Source: Macrostomum lignano (Eukaryota). From it: a stretch of DNA of 64,000 nt. A model generated the notes under the pieces. The model did not search any database and was not told the origin of the DNA. It saw nothing but the letters and a program-made list of their open reading frames with translations. Position numbers and translations under genes: made by a program. This document shows, piece after piece, positions 1-12,600 of this stretch (position 1 is its first letter; the number at the start of each line of letters is the position of its first letter). Location of the stretch: the NCBI GenBank assembly GCA_002269645.1, contig NIVC01000907.1, forward strand, positions 62,001-126,000, given 5' to 3'.

Positions 1-3000
1 CTGGGACTCTACTGACTGGGACTCTACTGACTGGGACTATACTGACTGGGCCTCTGCTGACTGGGACTCTACTGACTGGGCCTCTGCTGACAGGGACTCT
101 ACGGACTGGGCCTCTGCTGACTGGGACTCTACTGACTGGGACTCTACTGACTGGACTCTACTGACTGGGACTCTGCTGACTGGGACTCTACTGACTGGGA
201 CTCTACTGACTGGGACTCTACTGACTGGGACTCTACTGACTGGGACTCTACTGACTGGGACTCTGCTGACTGGGACTCTACTGACTGGGACTCTACTGAC
301 TGGGACTCTACTGACTGGGCCTCTGCCGACTGGGACTCTACTGACTGGGACTCTACTGCAGGACTGGGCCTCTGCCGACTGGGACTCTACTGACTGGGCC
401 TCTGCTGACTGGGACTCTACTGACTGGGACTCTGCTGACTGGGACTCTACTGACTGGTACTCTACTGACTGGGACTCTACTGACTGGGACTCTACTGACT
501 GGGACTCTACTGACTGGGACTCTACTGACTGGGACTCTACTGACTGGGACTCTACTGACTGGGACTCTACTGACTGGGCCTCTGCCGACTGGGACTCTAC
601 TGACTGGGACTCTACTGCAGGACTGGGCCTCTGCCGACTGGGACTCTACTGACTGGGACTCTACTGACTGGGCCTCTGCTGACTGGGACTCTGCTGACTG
701 GGACTCTACTGACTGGGACTCTATGACTGGGACTCTGCTGACTGGGACTCTACTGACTGGGACTCTACTGACTGGGACTCTACTGACTGGGCCTCTGCTG
801 ACTGGGACTCTACTGACTGGGCCTCTGCCGACTGGGACTCTACTGACTGGGACTCTACTGCAGGACTGGGCCTCTGCCGACTGGGACTCTACTGACTGGG
901 ACTCTACTGACTGGGCCTCTGCTGACTGGGACTCTGCTGACTGGGACTCTACTGACTGGGACTCTATGACTGGGACTCTGCTGACTGGGACTCTACTGAC
1001 TGGGACTCTACTGACTGGGACTCTACTGACTGGGCCTCTGCTGACTGGGACTCTACTGACTGGGCCTCTGCTGACTGGGACTCTACTGACTGGGCCTCTG
1101 CTGACTGGGACTCTGCTGACTGGGACTCTACTGACTGGGACTCTACTGACTGGGACTCTACTGACTGGGCCTCTGCTGACTGGGACTCTACTGACTGGGA
1201 CTCTATGACTGGGACTCTGCTGACTGGGACTCTACTGACTGGGACTCTACTGACTGGGACTCTACTGACTGGGCCTCTGCTGACTGGGACTCTACTGACT
1301 GGGCCTCTGCCGACTGGGACTCTACTGACTGGGACTCTACTGCAGGACTGGGCCTCTGCCGACTGGGACTCTACTGACTGGGACTCTACTGACTGGGCCT
1401 CTGCTGACTGGGACTCTGCTGACTGGGACTCTACTGACTGGGACTCTATGACTGGGACTCTGCTGACTGGGCCTCTGCTGACTGCGACTCTACTGACTGG
1501 GCCTCTGCTGACTGGGCCTCTGCTGACTGGGACTCTACTGACTGGGCCTCTGCCGACTGGGACTCTACTGACTGGGACTCTACTGCAGGACTGGGCCTCT
1601 GCCGACTGGGACTCTACTGACTGGGACTCTACTGACTGGGCCTCTGCTGACTGGGACTCTGCTGACTGGGACTCTACTGACTGGGACTCTATGACTGGGA
1701 CTCTGCTGACTGGGACTCTACTGACTGGGCCTCTGCTGACTGGGACTCTACTGACTGGGCCTCTGCTGACTGGGACTCTACTGACTGGGCCTCTGTTGAC
1801 TGGGACTCTGCTGACTGGGACTCTACTGACTGGGACTCTACTGACTGGGACTATACTGACTGGGCCTCTGCTGACTGGGACTCTACTGACTGGGCCTCTG
1901 CCGACTGGGACTCTACTGACTGGGACTCTACTGCAGGACTGGGCCTCTGCGACTGGGACTCTACTGACTGGGACTCTACTGACTGGGCCTCTGCTGACTG
2001 GGACTCTGCTGACTGGGACTCTACTGACTGGGACTCTATGACTGGGACTCTACTGACTGGGACTCTACTGACTGGGACTCTACTGACTGGGACTCTGCTG
2101 ACTGGGACTCTGCTGACTGGGACTCTACTGACTGGGCCTCTGTGACTGGGACTCTGCTGACTGGGACTCTACTGACTGGGACTCTACTGACTGGGACTAT
2201 ACTGACTGGGCCTCTGCTGACTGGGACTCTACTGACTGGGCCTCTGCTGACTGGGACTCTACTGACTGGGACTCTGCTGACTGGGACTCTACTGACTGGG
2301 ACTCTACTGACTGGACTCTACTGACTGGGACTCTGCTGACTGGGACTCTACTGACTGGGACTCTACTGACTGGGACTCTACTGACTGGGACTCTACTGAC
2401 TGGGACTCTACTGACTGGGACTCTGCTGACTGGGACTCTACTGACTGGGACTCTACTGACTGGGACTCTACTGACTGGGCCTCTGCCGACTGGGACTCTA
2501 CTGACTGGGACTCTACTGCAGGACTGGGCCTCTGCCGACTGGGACTCTACTGACTGGGCCTCTGCTGACTGGGACTCTACTGACTGGGACTCTGCTGACT
2601 GGGACTCTACTGACTGGGACTCTACTGACTGGGACTCTACTGACTGGGACTCTACTGACTGGGACTCTACTGACTGGGACTCTACTGACTGGGACTCTAC
2701 TGACTGGGACTCTACTGACTGGGACTCTACTGACTGGGCCTCTGCCGACTGGGACTCTACTGACTGGGACTCTACTGCAGGACTGGGCCTCTGCCGACTG
2801 GGACTCTACTGACTGGGACTCTACTGACTGGGCTCTGCTGACTGGGACTCTGCTGACTGGGACTCTACTGACTGGGACTCTATGACTGGGACTCTGCTGA
2901 CTGGGACTCTACTGACTGGGACTCTACTGACTGGGACTCTACTGACTGGGCCTCTGCTGACTGGGACTCTACTGACTGGGCCTCTGCCGACTGGGACTCT

Positions 3001-6000
3001 ACTGACTGGGACTCTACTGCAGGACTGGGCCTCTGCCGACTGGGACTCTACTGACTGGGACTCTACTGACTGGGCCTCTGCTGACTGGGACTCTGCTGAC
3101 TGGGACTCTACTGACTGGGACTCTATGACTGGGACTCTGCTGACTGGGACTCTACTGACTGGGACTCTACTGACTGGGACTCTACTGACTGGGCCTCTGC
3201 TGACTGGGACTCTACTGACTGGGCCTCTGCTGACTGGGACTCTACTGACTGGGCTCTGCTGACTGGGACTCTGCTGACTGGGACTCTACTGACTGGGACT
3301 CTACTGACTGGGACTCTACTGACTGGGCCTCTGCTGACTGGGACTCTACTGACTGGGCCTCTGCTGACTGGGACTCTACTGACTGGGCCTCTGCTGACTG
3401 GGACTCTACTGACTGGGACTCTACTGACTGGGCCTCTGCTGACTGGGACTCTACTGACTGGGACTCTACTGACTGGGCCTCTGCTGACTGGGACTCTACT
3501 GACTGGGACTCTACTGACTGGGACTCTACTGACTGGGCCTCTGCTGACTGGACTCTACTGACTGGGCCTCTGCTGACTGGGACTCTACTGACTGGGCCTC
3601 TGCTGACTGGGACTCTACTGACTGGGCCTCTGCTGACTGGACTCTACTGACTGGGCCTCTGCTGACTGGGCCTCTGCTGACTGGGACTCTACTGACTGGG
3701 CCTCTGCGACTGGGACTCTACTGACTGGGACTCTACTGCAGGACTGGGCCTCTGCCGACTGGGACTCTACTGACTGGGACTCTACTGACTGGGCCTCTGC
3801 TGACTGGGACTCTGCTGACTGGGACTCTACTGACTGGGACTCTATGACTGGGACTCTGCTGACTGGGACTCTACTGACTGGGCCTCTGCTGACTGGGACT
3901 CTACTGACTGGGCCTCTGCTGACTGGGACTCTACTGACTGGGCCTCTGTGACTGGGACTCTGCTGACTGGGACTCTACTGACTGGGACTCTACTGACTGG
4001 GACTATACTGACTGGGCCTCTGCTGACTGGGACTCTACTGACTGGGCCTCTGCTGACAGGGACTCTACGGACTGGGCCTCTGCTGACTGGGACTCTACTG
4101 ACTGGGACTCTACTGACTGGACTCTACTGACTGGGACTCTGCTGACTGGGACTCTACTGACTGGGACTCTACTGACTGGGACTCTACTGACTGGGACTCT
4201 ACTGACTGGGACTCTACTGACTGGGACTCTGCTGACTGGGACTCTACTGACTGGGACTCTACTGACTGGGACTCTACTGACTGGGCCTCTGCCGACTGGG
4301 ACTCTACTGACTGGGACTCTACTGCAGGACTGGGCCTCTGCCGACTGGGACTCTACTGACTGGGCCTCTGCTGACTGGGACTCTACTGACTGGGACTCTG
4401 CTGACTGGGACTCTACTGACTGGTACTCTACTGACTGGGACTCTACTGACTGGGACTCTACTGACTGGGACTCTACTGACTGGGACTCTACTGACTGGGA
4501 CTCTACTGACTGGGACTCTACTGACTGGGACTCTACTGACTGGGCCTCTGCCGACTGGGACTCTACTGACTGGGACTCTACTGCAGGACTGGGCCTCTGC
4601 CGACTGGGACTCTACTGACTGGGACTCTACTGACTGGGCCTCTGCTGACTGGGACTCTGCTGACTGGGACTCTACTGACTGGGACTCTATGACTGGGACT
4701 CTGCTGACTGGGACTCTACTGACTGGGACTCTACTGACTGGGACTCTACTGACTGGGCCTCTGCTGACTGGGACTCTACTGACTGGGCCTCTGCCGACTG
4801 GGACTCTACTGACTGGGACTCTACTGCAGGACTGGGCCTCTGCCGACTGGGACTCTACTGACTGGGACTCTACTGACTGGGCCTCTGCTGACTGGGACTC
4901 TGCTGACTGGGACTCTACTGACTGGGACTCTATGACTGGGACTCTGCTGACTGGGACTCTACTGACTGGGACTCTACTGACTGGGACTCTACTGACTGGG
5001 CCTCTGCTCACTGGGACTCTACTGACTGGGCCTCTGCTGACTGGGACTCTACTGACTGGGCCTCTGCTGACTGGGACTCTGCTGACTGGGACTCTACTGA
5101 CTGGGACTCTACTGACTGGGACTCTACTGACTGGGCCTCTGCTGACTGGGACTCTACTGACTGGGACTCTATGACTGGGACTCTGCTGACTGGGACTCTA
5201 CTGACTGGGACTCTACTGACTGGGACTCTACTGACTGGGCCTCTGCTGACTGGGACTCTACTGACTGGGCCTCTGCCGACTGGGACTCTACTGACTGGGA
5301 CTCTACTGCAGGACTGGGCCTCTGCCGACTGGGACTCTACTGACTGGGACTCTACTGACTGGGCCTCTGCTGACTGGGACTCTGCTGACTGGGACTCTAC
5401 TGACTGGGACTCTATGACTGGGACTCTGCTGACTGGGCCTCTGCTGACTGCGACTCTACTGACTGGGCCTCTGCTGACTGGGCCTCTGCTGACTGGGACT
5501 CTACTGACTGGGCCTCTGCCGACTGGGACTCTACTGACTGGGACTCTACTGCAGGACTGGGCCTCTGCCGACTGGGACTCTACTGACTGGGACTCTACTG
5601 ACTGGGCCTCTGCTGACTGGGACTCTGCTGACTGGGACTCTACTGACTGGGACTCTATGACTGGGACTCTGCTGACTGGGACTCTACTGACTGGGCCTCT
5701 GCTGACTGGGACTCTACTGACTGGGCCTCTGCTGACTGGGACTCTACTGACTGGGCCTCTGTGACTGGGACTCTGCTGACTGGGACTCTACTGACTGGGA
5801 CTCTACTGACTGGGACTACTGACTGGGCCTCTGCTGACTGGGACTCTACTGACTGGGCCTCTGCTGACTGGGACTCTACGGACTGGGCCTCTGCTGACTG
5901 GGACTCTACTGACTGGGACTCTACTGACTGGACTCTACTGACTGGGACTCTGCTGACTGGGACTCTACTGACTGGGACTCTACTGACTGGGACTCTACTG

Positions 6001-9000
6001 ACTGGGACTCTACTGACTGGGACTCTACTGACTGGGACTCTGCTGACTGGGACTCTACTGACTGGGACTCTACTGACTGGGACTCTACTGACTGGGCCTC
6101 TGCCGACTGGGACTCTACTGACTGGGACTCTACTGCAGGACTGGGCCTCTGCCGACTGGGACTCTACTGACTGGGCCTCTGCTGACTGGGACTCTACTGA
6201 CTGGGACTCTACTGACTGGGACTCTACTGACTGGGACTCTACTGACTGGGACTCTACTGACTGGGACTCTACTGACTGGGACTCTACTGACTGGGACTCT
6301 ACTGACTGGGACTCTACTGACTGGGACTCTACTGACTGGGACTCTACTGACTGGGCCTCTGCCGACTGGGACTCTACTGACTGGGACTCTACTGCAGGAC
6401 TGGGCCTCTGCCGACTGGGACTCTACTGACTGGGACTCTACTGACTGGGCCTCTGCTGACTGGGACTCTGCTGACTGGGACTCTACTGACTGGGACTCTA
6501 TGACTGGGACTCTGCTGACTGGGACTCTACTGACTGGGCCTCTGCTGACTGGGACTCTACTGACTGGGCCTCTGCTGACTGGGACTCTACTGACTGGGCC
6601 TCTGTGACTGGGACTCTGCTGACTGGGACTCTACTGACTGGGACTCTACTGACTGGGACTCTACTGACTGGGCTCTGCTGACTGGGACTCTACTGACTGG
6701 GCTCTGCTGGGACTCTACGGACTGGGCCTCTGCTGACTGGGACTCTACTGACTGGGACTCTACTGACTGACTCTACTGACTGGGACTCTGCTGACTGGGA
6801 CTCTACTGACTGGGACTCTACTGACTGGGACTCTACTGACTGGGACTCTACTGACTGGGACTCTACTGACTGGGACTCTGCTGACTGGGACTCTACTGAC
6901 TGGGACTCTACTGACTGGGACTCTACTGACTGGGCCTCTGCCGACTGGGACTCTACTGACTGGGACTCTACTGCAGGACTGGGCCTCTGCGACTGGGACT
7001 CTACTGACTGGGCCTCTGCTGACTGGGACTCTACTGACTGGGACTCTGCTGACTGGGACTCTACTGACTGGGACTCTACTGACTGGGACTCTACTGACTG
7101 GGACTCTACTGACTGGGACTCTACTGACTGGGACTCTACTGACTGGGACTCTACTGACTGGGACTCTACTGACTGGGACTCTACTGACTGGGCCTCTGCC
7201 GACTGGGACTCTACTGACTGGGACTCTACTGACTGGGCCTCTGCTGACTGGGACTCTGCTGACTGGGACTCTACTGACTGGGACTCTATGACTGGGACTC
7301 TGCTGACTGGGACTCTACTGACTGGGACTCTACTGACTGGGACTCTACTGACTGGGCCTCTGCTGACTGGGACTCTACTGACTGGGCCTCTGCCGACTGG
7401 GACTCTACTGACTGGGACTCTACTGCAGGACTGGGCCTCTGCCGACTGGGACTCTACTGACTGGGACTCTACTGACTGGGCCTCTGCTGACTGGGACTCT
7501 GCTGACTGGGACTCTACTGACTGGGACTCTATGACTGGGACTCTGCTGACTGGGACTCTACTGACTGGGACTCTACTGACTGGGACTCTACTGACTGGGC
7601 CTCTGCTCACTGGGACTCTACTGACTGGGCCTCTGCTGACTGGGACTCTACTGACTGGGCCTCTGCTGACTGGGACTCTGCTGACTGGGACTCTACTGAC
7701 TGGGACTCTACTGACTGGGACTCTACCGACTGGGCCTCTGCCGACTGGGACTCTACTGACTGGGCCTCTGCTGACTGGGACTCTACTGACTGGGCCTCTG
7801 CTGACTGGGACTCTACTGACTGGGACTCTACTGACTGGGCCTCTGCTGACTGGGACTCTACTGACTGGGACTCTACTGACTGGGCCTCTGCTGACTGGGA
7901 CTCTACTGACTGCGACTCTACTGACTGGGACTCTACTGACTGGGCCTCTGCTGACTGCGACTCTACTGACTGGGCCTCTGCTGACTGGGACTCTATGACT
8001 GGGCCTCTGCTGACTGGGACTCTACTGACTGGGCCTCTGCTGACTGCGACTCTACTGACTGGGCCTCTGCTGACTGGGCCTCTGCTGACTGGGACTCTAC
8101 TGACTGGGCCTCTGCCGACTGGGACTCTACTGACTGGGACTCTACTGCAGGACTGGGCCTCTGCCGACTGGGACTCTACTGACTGGGACTCTACTGACTG
8201 GGCCTCTGCTGACTGGGACTCTGCTGACTGGGACTCTACTGACTGGGACTCTATGACTGGGACTCTGCTGACTGGGACTCTACTGACTGGGCCTCTGCTG
8301 ACTGGGACTCTACTGACTGGGCCTCTGCTGACTGGGACTCTACTGACTGGGCCTCTGTTGACTGGGACTCTGCTGACTGGGACTCTACTGACTGGGACTC
8401 TACTGACTGGGACTATACTGACTGGGCCTCTGCTGACTGGGACTCTACTGACTGGGCCTCTGCTGACAGGGACTCTACGGACTGGGCCTCTGCTGACTGG
8501 GACTCTACTGACTGGGACTCTACTGACTGGACTCTACTGACTGGGACTCTGCTGACTGGGACTCTACTGACTGGGACTCTACTGACTGGGACTCTACTGA
8601 CTGGGACTCTACTGACTGGGACTCTACTGACTGGGACTCTGCTGACTGGGACTCTACTGACTGGGACTCTACTGACTGGGACTCTACTGACTGGGCCTCT
8701 GCCGACTGGGACTCTACTGACTGGGACTCTACTGCAGGACTGGGCCTCTGCCGACTGGGACTCTACTGACTGGGCCTCTGCTGACTGGGACTCTACTGAC
8801 TGGGACTCTGCTGACTGGGACTCTACTGACTGGTACTCTACTGACTGGGACTCTACTGACTGGGACTCTACTGACTGGGACTCTACTGACTGGGACTCTA
8901 CTGACTGGGACTCTACTGACTGGGACTCTACTGACTGGGACTCTACTGACTGGGCCTCTGCCGACTGGGACTCTACTGACTGGGACTCTACTGCAGGACT

Positions 9001-9820
9001 GGGCCTCTGCCGACTGGGACTCTACTGACTGGGACTCTACTGACTGGGCCTCTGCTGACTGGGACTCTGCTGACTGGGACTCTACTGACTGGGACTCTAT
9101 GACTGGGACTCTGCTGACTGGGACTCTACTGACTGGGACTCTACTGACTGGGCCTTTGCTGACTGGGACTCTACTGACTGGGCCTCTGCTGACTGGGACT
9201 CTACTGACTGGGCCTCTGCCGACTGGGACTCTACTGACTGGGCCTCTGCTGACTGCGCCTCTGCTGACTGCGACTCTACTGACTGGGCCTCTGCTGACTG
9301 GGACTCTACTGACTGGGCCTCTGCTGACTGGGACTCTACTGACTGGGCCTCTGCTGACTGGGCCTCTGCTGACTGGGCCTCTGCTGACAGGGATTCTTCG
9401 GACTGGGCCTCTGCTGACTGGGACTCTACTGACTGGGCCTCTGCTGACTGGGACTCTATGACTGGGCCTCTGCTGACTGGGACTCTACTGACTGGGCCTT
9501 TGCTGACTGGGACTCTACTGACTGGGCCTCTGCTGACTGGGACTCTATGACTGGGCCTCTGCTGACTGGGACTCTACTGACTGGGCCTCTGCTGACTGGG
9601 ACTCTATGACTGGGCCTCTGCTGACTGGGACTCTACTGACTGGGCCTTTGCTGACTGGGACTCTACTGACTGGGCCTTTGCTGACTGGGACTCTACTGAC
9701 TGGGCCTCTGCTGACTAGGCCTCTGCTGACTGGGCCTCTGCTGACTGGGCCTCTGCTGACTGGGCCTCTGCTGACAGGGATTCTTCGGACTGGGCCTCTG
9801 CTGACTGGGACTCTTCTGAC
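1..9820. repeat. 15-bp minisatellite array (consensus ACTGACTGGGACTCT; variants GGGCCTCTGC, ...GCAGGACTGG...), open at the left window edge
   Basis: Directly visible 15-nt period for about 9.8 kb; explains all TGTLL/DWDST/SRVPV ORFs. Confidence 0.98.
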
Positions 9821-10882
9821 TCGAATTCTGCAGACTCTTATCATTTCTCTTATCATTTTGTATGAGATATGACATATTAAATTCGGATTCCATTCTAAGA
9901 CATACATGTAATAAAAAGTCTATAAGAGGAACTTGTATGTATTATTTGGTTAAAATTTAAGTTCCACTATGTTCTGAAGGTTCATTGTTTGTCATATTTT
10001 TTGGGTTTTACTTAGTTAATTGTACATGTATTTTTTCTTGATTTAATGTACATGAGCCAACCCCCTCAATTTGCTAACCCCACCCCACGTTAAATAATAA
10101 TTAAAAAAGGCGTGATTTTTGGTAAGCGTGTTTTTGCTAACTTGTTTGTTTTGTTTGCGTTCGCGAGAACGCAGAGGTATTGAAGGCTACAGACATCCGA
10201 TTTTGCCTACTTAATTACTTGTTGGTTTCGAAGAGTTAGTCGATTTAACACACTATACTCGTACTAAAAATGGTTTGTCGGTAGATATATGTGATCGATT
10301 TTTTAATTTTCGACTAAATTTGTACAAAATTTTATGTTGCCAGCTCAGTGCCGCTTCCTGAAAGCAGGGCCAACGGTCATGTGCTTCTGTCACGTTCGAT
10401 AGCGCCTTCTTGAGTTGTTTTGCATCGAACTTGGAATCTAAGAGCTTCAGAGATTAAGAGCTTGTCAATCATGAAACTCTGTTTAGCTAGTATAGTATAT
10501 GAGTATAGTATATAGTATATGTAGTATATGAACATTTACAGGTAGATTTTTAGGAGATTTTGGAGGAACCGCAAAAGATTGAGATTTTGTTGTCATGGTA
10601 ACGAACAAAAGTCCGTATGAACAGCCTCCAGCGTGCCAGCACACAGCTCAAAAGCAGATGGATTGCATCTAAGCCAGTTTCGCTTATTTTTGCAGGCGTG
10701 GAGAAAATTTCAAATCTTAGTTAACGCCATGCGAATTAACTCTGCTTCATCAATCAAACTCAATCCAGGGACATGAAAATTTATTGCAACCTGAGCAGAA
10801 AGTCGAATAATTTTCTGGGAGCTGCTTGACAAGCAGTGCGTGATTTAAACGATTGCAGCCGTGTTTTATGGGATCTTGAATC

Positions 10883-10890
10883 TATAAATA
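10883..10890 (+). promoter_or_regulatory. TATA box (TATAAATA) of peptide gene copy 1; also at 15203-15210 and 21253-21260
   Basis: TATAAATA about 90 nt upstream of the signal-peptide ATG, identical in all three copies. Confidence 0.6.
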
Positions 10891-10977
10891 TAACACTGAG
10901 CAATGGCACAAAATCAAGCCTACAAATCCTCCTACAAGATTATCGGCTGCAACAAGTTCACATCTTCAAGAAACAGC

Positions 10978-11127
10978 ATGCGAGTTCTGTTTGCTCTGTT
11001 GGTCCTCATCGTTGCGCTGTTGGCAACTGTAAATGCAGATGATCTCTGTGGTCCACTCTGTTACTGCATAAACGAGATCTGCCTCGGTGATTCGCCGTCA
11101 TGCAAGGGCGACACTTGCAGGAGGTAG
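10978..11127 (+). CDS. Small secreted cysteine-rich peptide precursor, copy 1 (49 aa: MRVLFALLVLIVALLATVNA / DDLCGPLCYCINEICLGDSPSCKGDTCRR)
   Basis: Classic 20-aa hydrophobic signal peptide ending VNA; 29-aa mature part with 6 Cys and C-terminal RR; TATA upstream; AATAAA at 11228-11233. The internal ATG at 10978 is preferred over the ORF-track start at 10903. Confidence 0.8.
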   Translation: MRVLFALLVLIVALLATVNADDLCGPLCYCINEICLGDSPSCKGDTCRR

Positions 11128-11227
11128 AGATGAAAAGCAACGAGTTCTATTCTGCGTTCTGCACAGCTCACGCCGTCAGAATGCTACTGACAATACTTAC
11201 TGAAAGATCTCTGTGTGGAATATGAAA

Positions 11228-11233
11228 AATAAA
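11228..11233 (+). terminator. Polyadenylation signal AATAAA of the peptide gene (also in copies 2 and 3)
   Basis: AATAAA 100 nt after the stop, followed by a T/GT-rich stretch. Confidence 0.55.
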
Positions 11234-11328
11234 CAGTGACTTTTCGAATATCCGAGTTCACTTCGGTGATTGCATTAAGCGCTGTTTCTTGGCTTTTCTT
11301 GTTTTGGGGAAGAAACTCTGAGAGCAAA

Positions 11329-11522
11329 GGGGATGTCAACTTAAGCACCAGAATGGAGCCCGAAGTTCAGCTCCGGACCAAACCGACTGCAATCGATAAC
11401 TTGTCGGCCCAGACGACTAGAATCGCCGAGACATCCCATCCGGGTCCCTTCCTTGGGGTCCCAGGGGATAAAGGGGATAAAATGGGAATCTCATGTCAAC
11501 TTAAGTCTCTAGAATGGAGCCC
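11329..11522 (+). repeat. Left TIR of element copy 1 (one complete about 160-bp sub-repeat plus the start of a second)
   Basis: Reverse complement of about 13538-13729 with few mismatches; ATGTCAACTTAAG at 11333 and 11493. Confidence 0.9.
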
Positions 11523-11678
11523 AAAGCAAGGCTCCGGATGCTTTTTTAAACAAAATGAAACGGTATGGTCATTAGTTTGCAGAAAGGGTTTTTGTGTAAA
11601 CATTCTCGCAGATGATCCCATGGGTCTCTTTATACTTGCAGCAGGGCTCCAAGGACAACTAAGTTTAATGAAGTGACT

Positions 11679-12420
11679 TCAGTGGTCCTTGGATTGCTCA
11701 TGAACGAATGGATTGTAGTTTTTTGGAACTCTCATGTCGTCCAGCTTATTCCATACTCTATCTTTCAGGACACAAGATGTATAGTGCCCTTCCAAGGGCG
11801 TACTATACCGTAATGGGACACTGTGAACATTGGACATCCCAAGCTGGAGATGTTACCTGCTCGGATTGTCCAACAGACTTGCGTATTCAGTTTTTGACCA
11901 TCGGTTCCAATGCGATCTATATGCATCAGGGTCACTCTGCCGTTAGAGACCTGATCAGCTGCACAGTTGGTGTTGGTGCATGGGACGTGCTTTGGTGCCG
12001 TAAAAGCAGCGTAGAGACCGTCTAGAATTAACGGCGCGGTTGAAAACTCCTGCAAGGAGATGCTGAGGATACGACTATCCAGAACTCCTATGGGCAGCTC
12101 ATCCGTGCTAGTCAGGCAACTACCGCACGTGTAAATTCGATTAGGCAATGACGCTGCTGCTGCGACTCTGGCAGAATGCACTGTTAGCAGCAGTGTTGCT
12201 GTCTTGGCGCAAACTGCTGCGGATATCGGCTTCGGTTGGCTTCGAAAAGTTGATCTACGCTTGCTCAGTCGCCATAGACGTCATCAGGTTTGTCATTGCG
12301 ATGTTCACTGCCCACCTCTGAGCGGCTGAAAGAGCTGGACTTTGCTGCTGATGCAGTGAAGCAGTGCAAAAACAATTGCGTAGCACTGCTGACCATGGTT
12401 TTGAAGACCAAAGACTCTTG
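11679..12420 (-). pseudogene. USP/peptidase C19 (ubiquitin C-terminal hydrolase)-like domain inside the transposon, split over several frames
   Basis: In order on the minus strand: Cys box GLQNHGQQCY (12409-12380), fingers-like TCGSC...CTNTNC, LMHIDRIGTDGQKLNTQV, VSHYG, then after a frameshift the His box GHYTSCVLKDRVWNKLDDMRV (from 11789). Stop at 11679-11681, ATTAAA about 10 nt downstream. Confidence 0.75.
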
Positions 12421-12600
12421 AAGACTGAGGCTTGGATCCTGAGCTTCTGCTGGCTGACTGAAACGCCTCTTGCTGGCCGCTAAACTGTTGCTCAGTAGGC
12501 TTTCGCTGCTGTGGTAAAGCATTTTCTCTGGCATGAAGACTGGCAACAAGGAAGGCTGCGTGGAAGAGCGGAATCAACAAAGCGAAGGCTAGTACCAGAC

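Noticed and set aside
723-9461. Long TGTLL/DWDST/SRVPV ORFs as repetitive proteins
   Set aside because: Products of a 15-bp (in-frame) satellite; recurrent 1-nt indel units switch frames; no signal peptide or unique domain.
10903-10977. 25-aa N-terminal extension of the peptide ORF
   Set aside because: This ATG lies only about 13 nt after the TATA box, probably upstream of the transcription start; the signal peptide begins at the second Met.
11236-11676. 146-aa plus-strand ORF (also 15556-15996, and MEPEVQL ORFs at 13329-13705)
   Set aside because: Translations of the TIR sub-repeats; no protein features.
11790-11810. 20-nt GT-AG intron that would repair the USP His-box frameshift
   Set aside because: Too short for a spliceosomal intron and it would delete the usual H-x-G spacer; treated as a frameshift.
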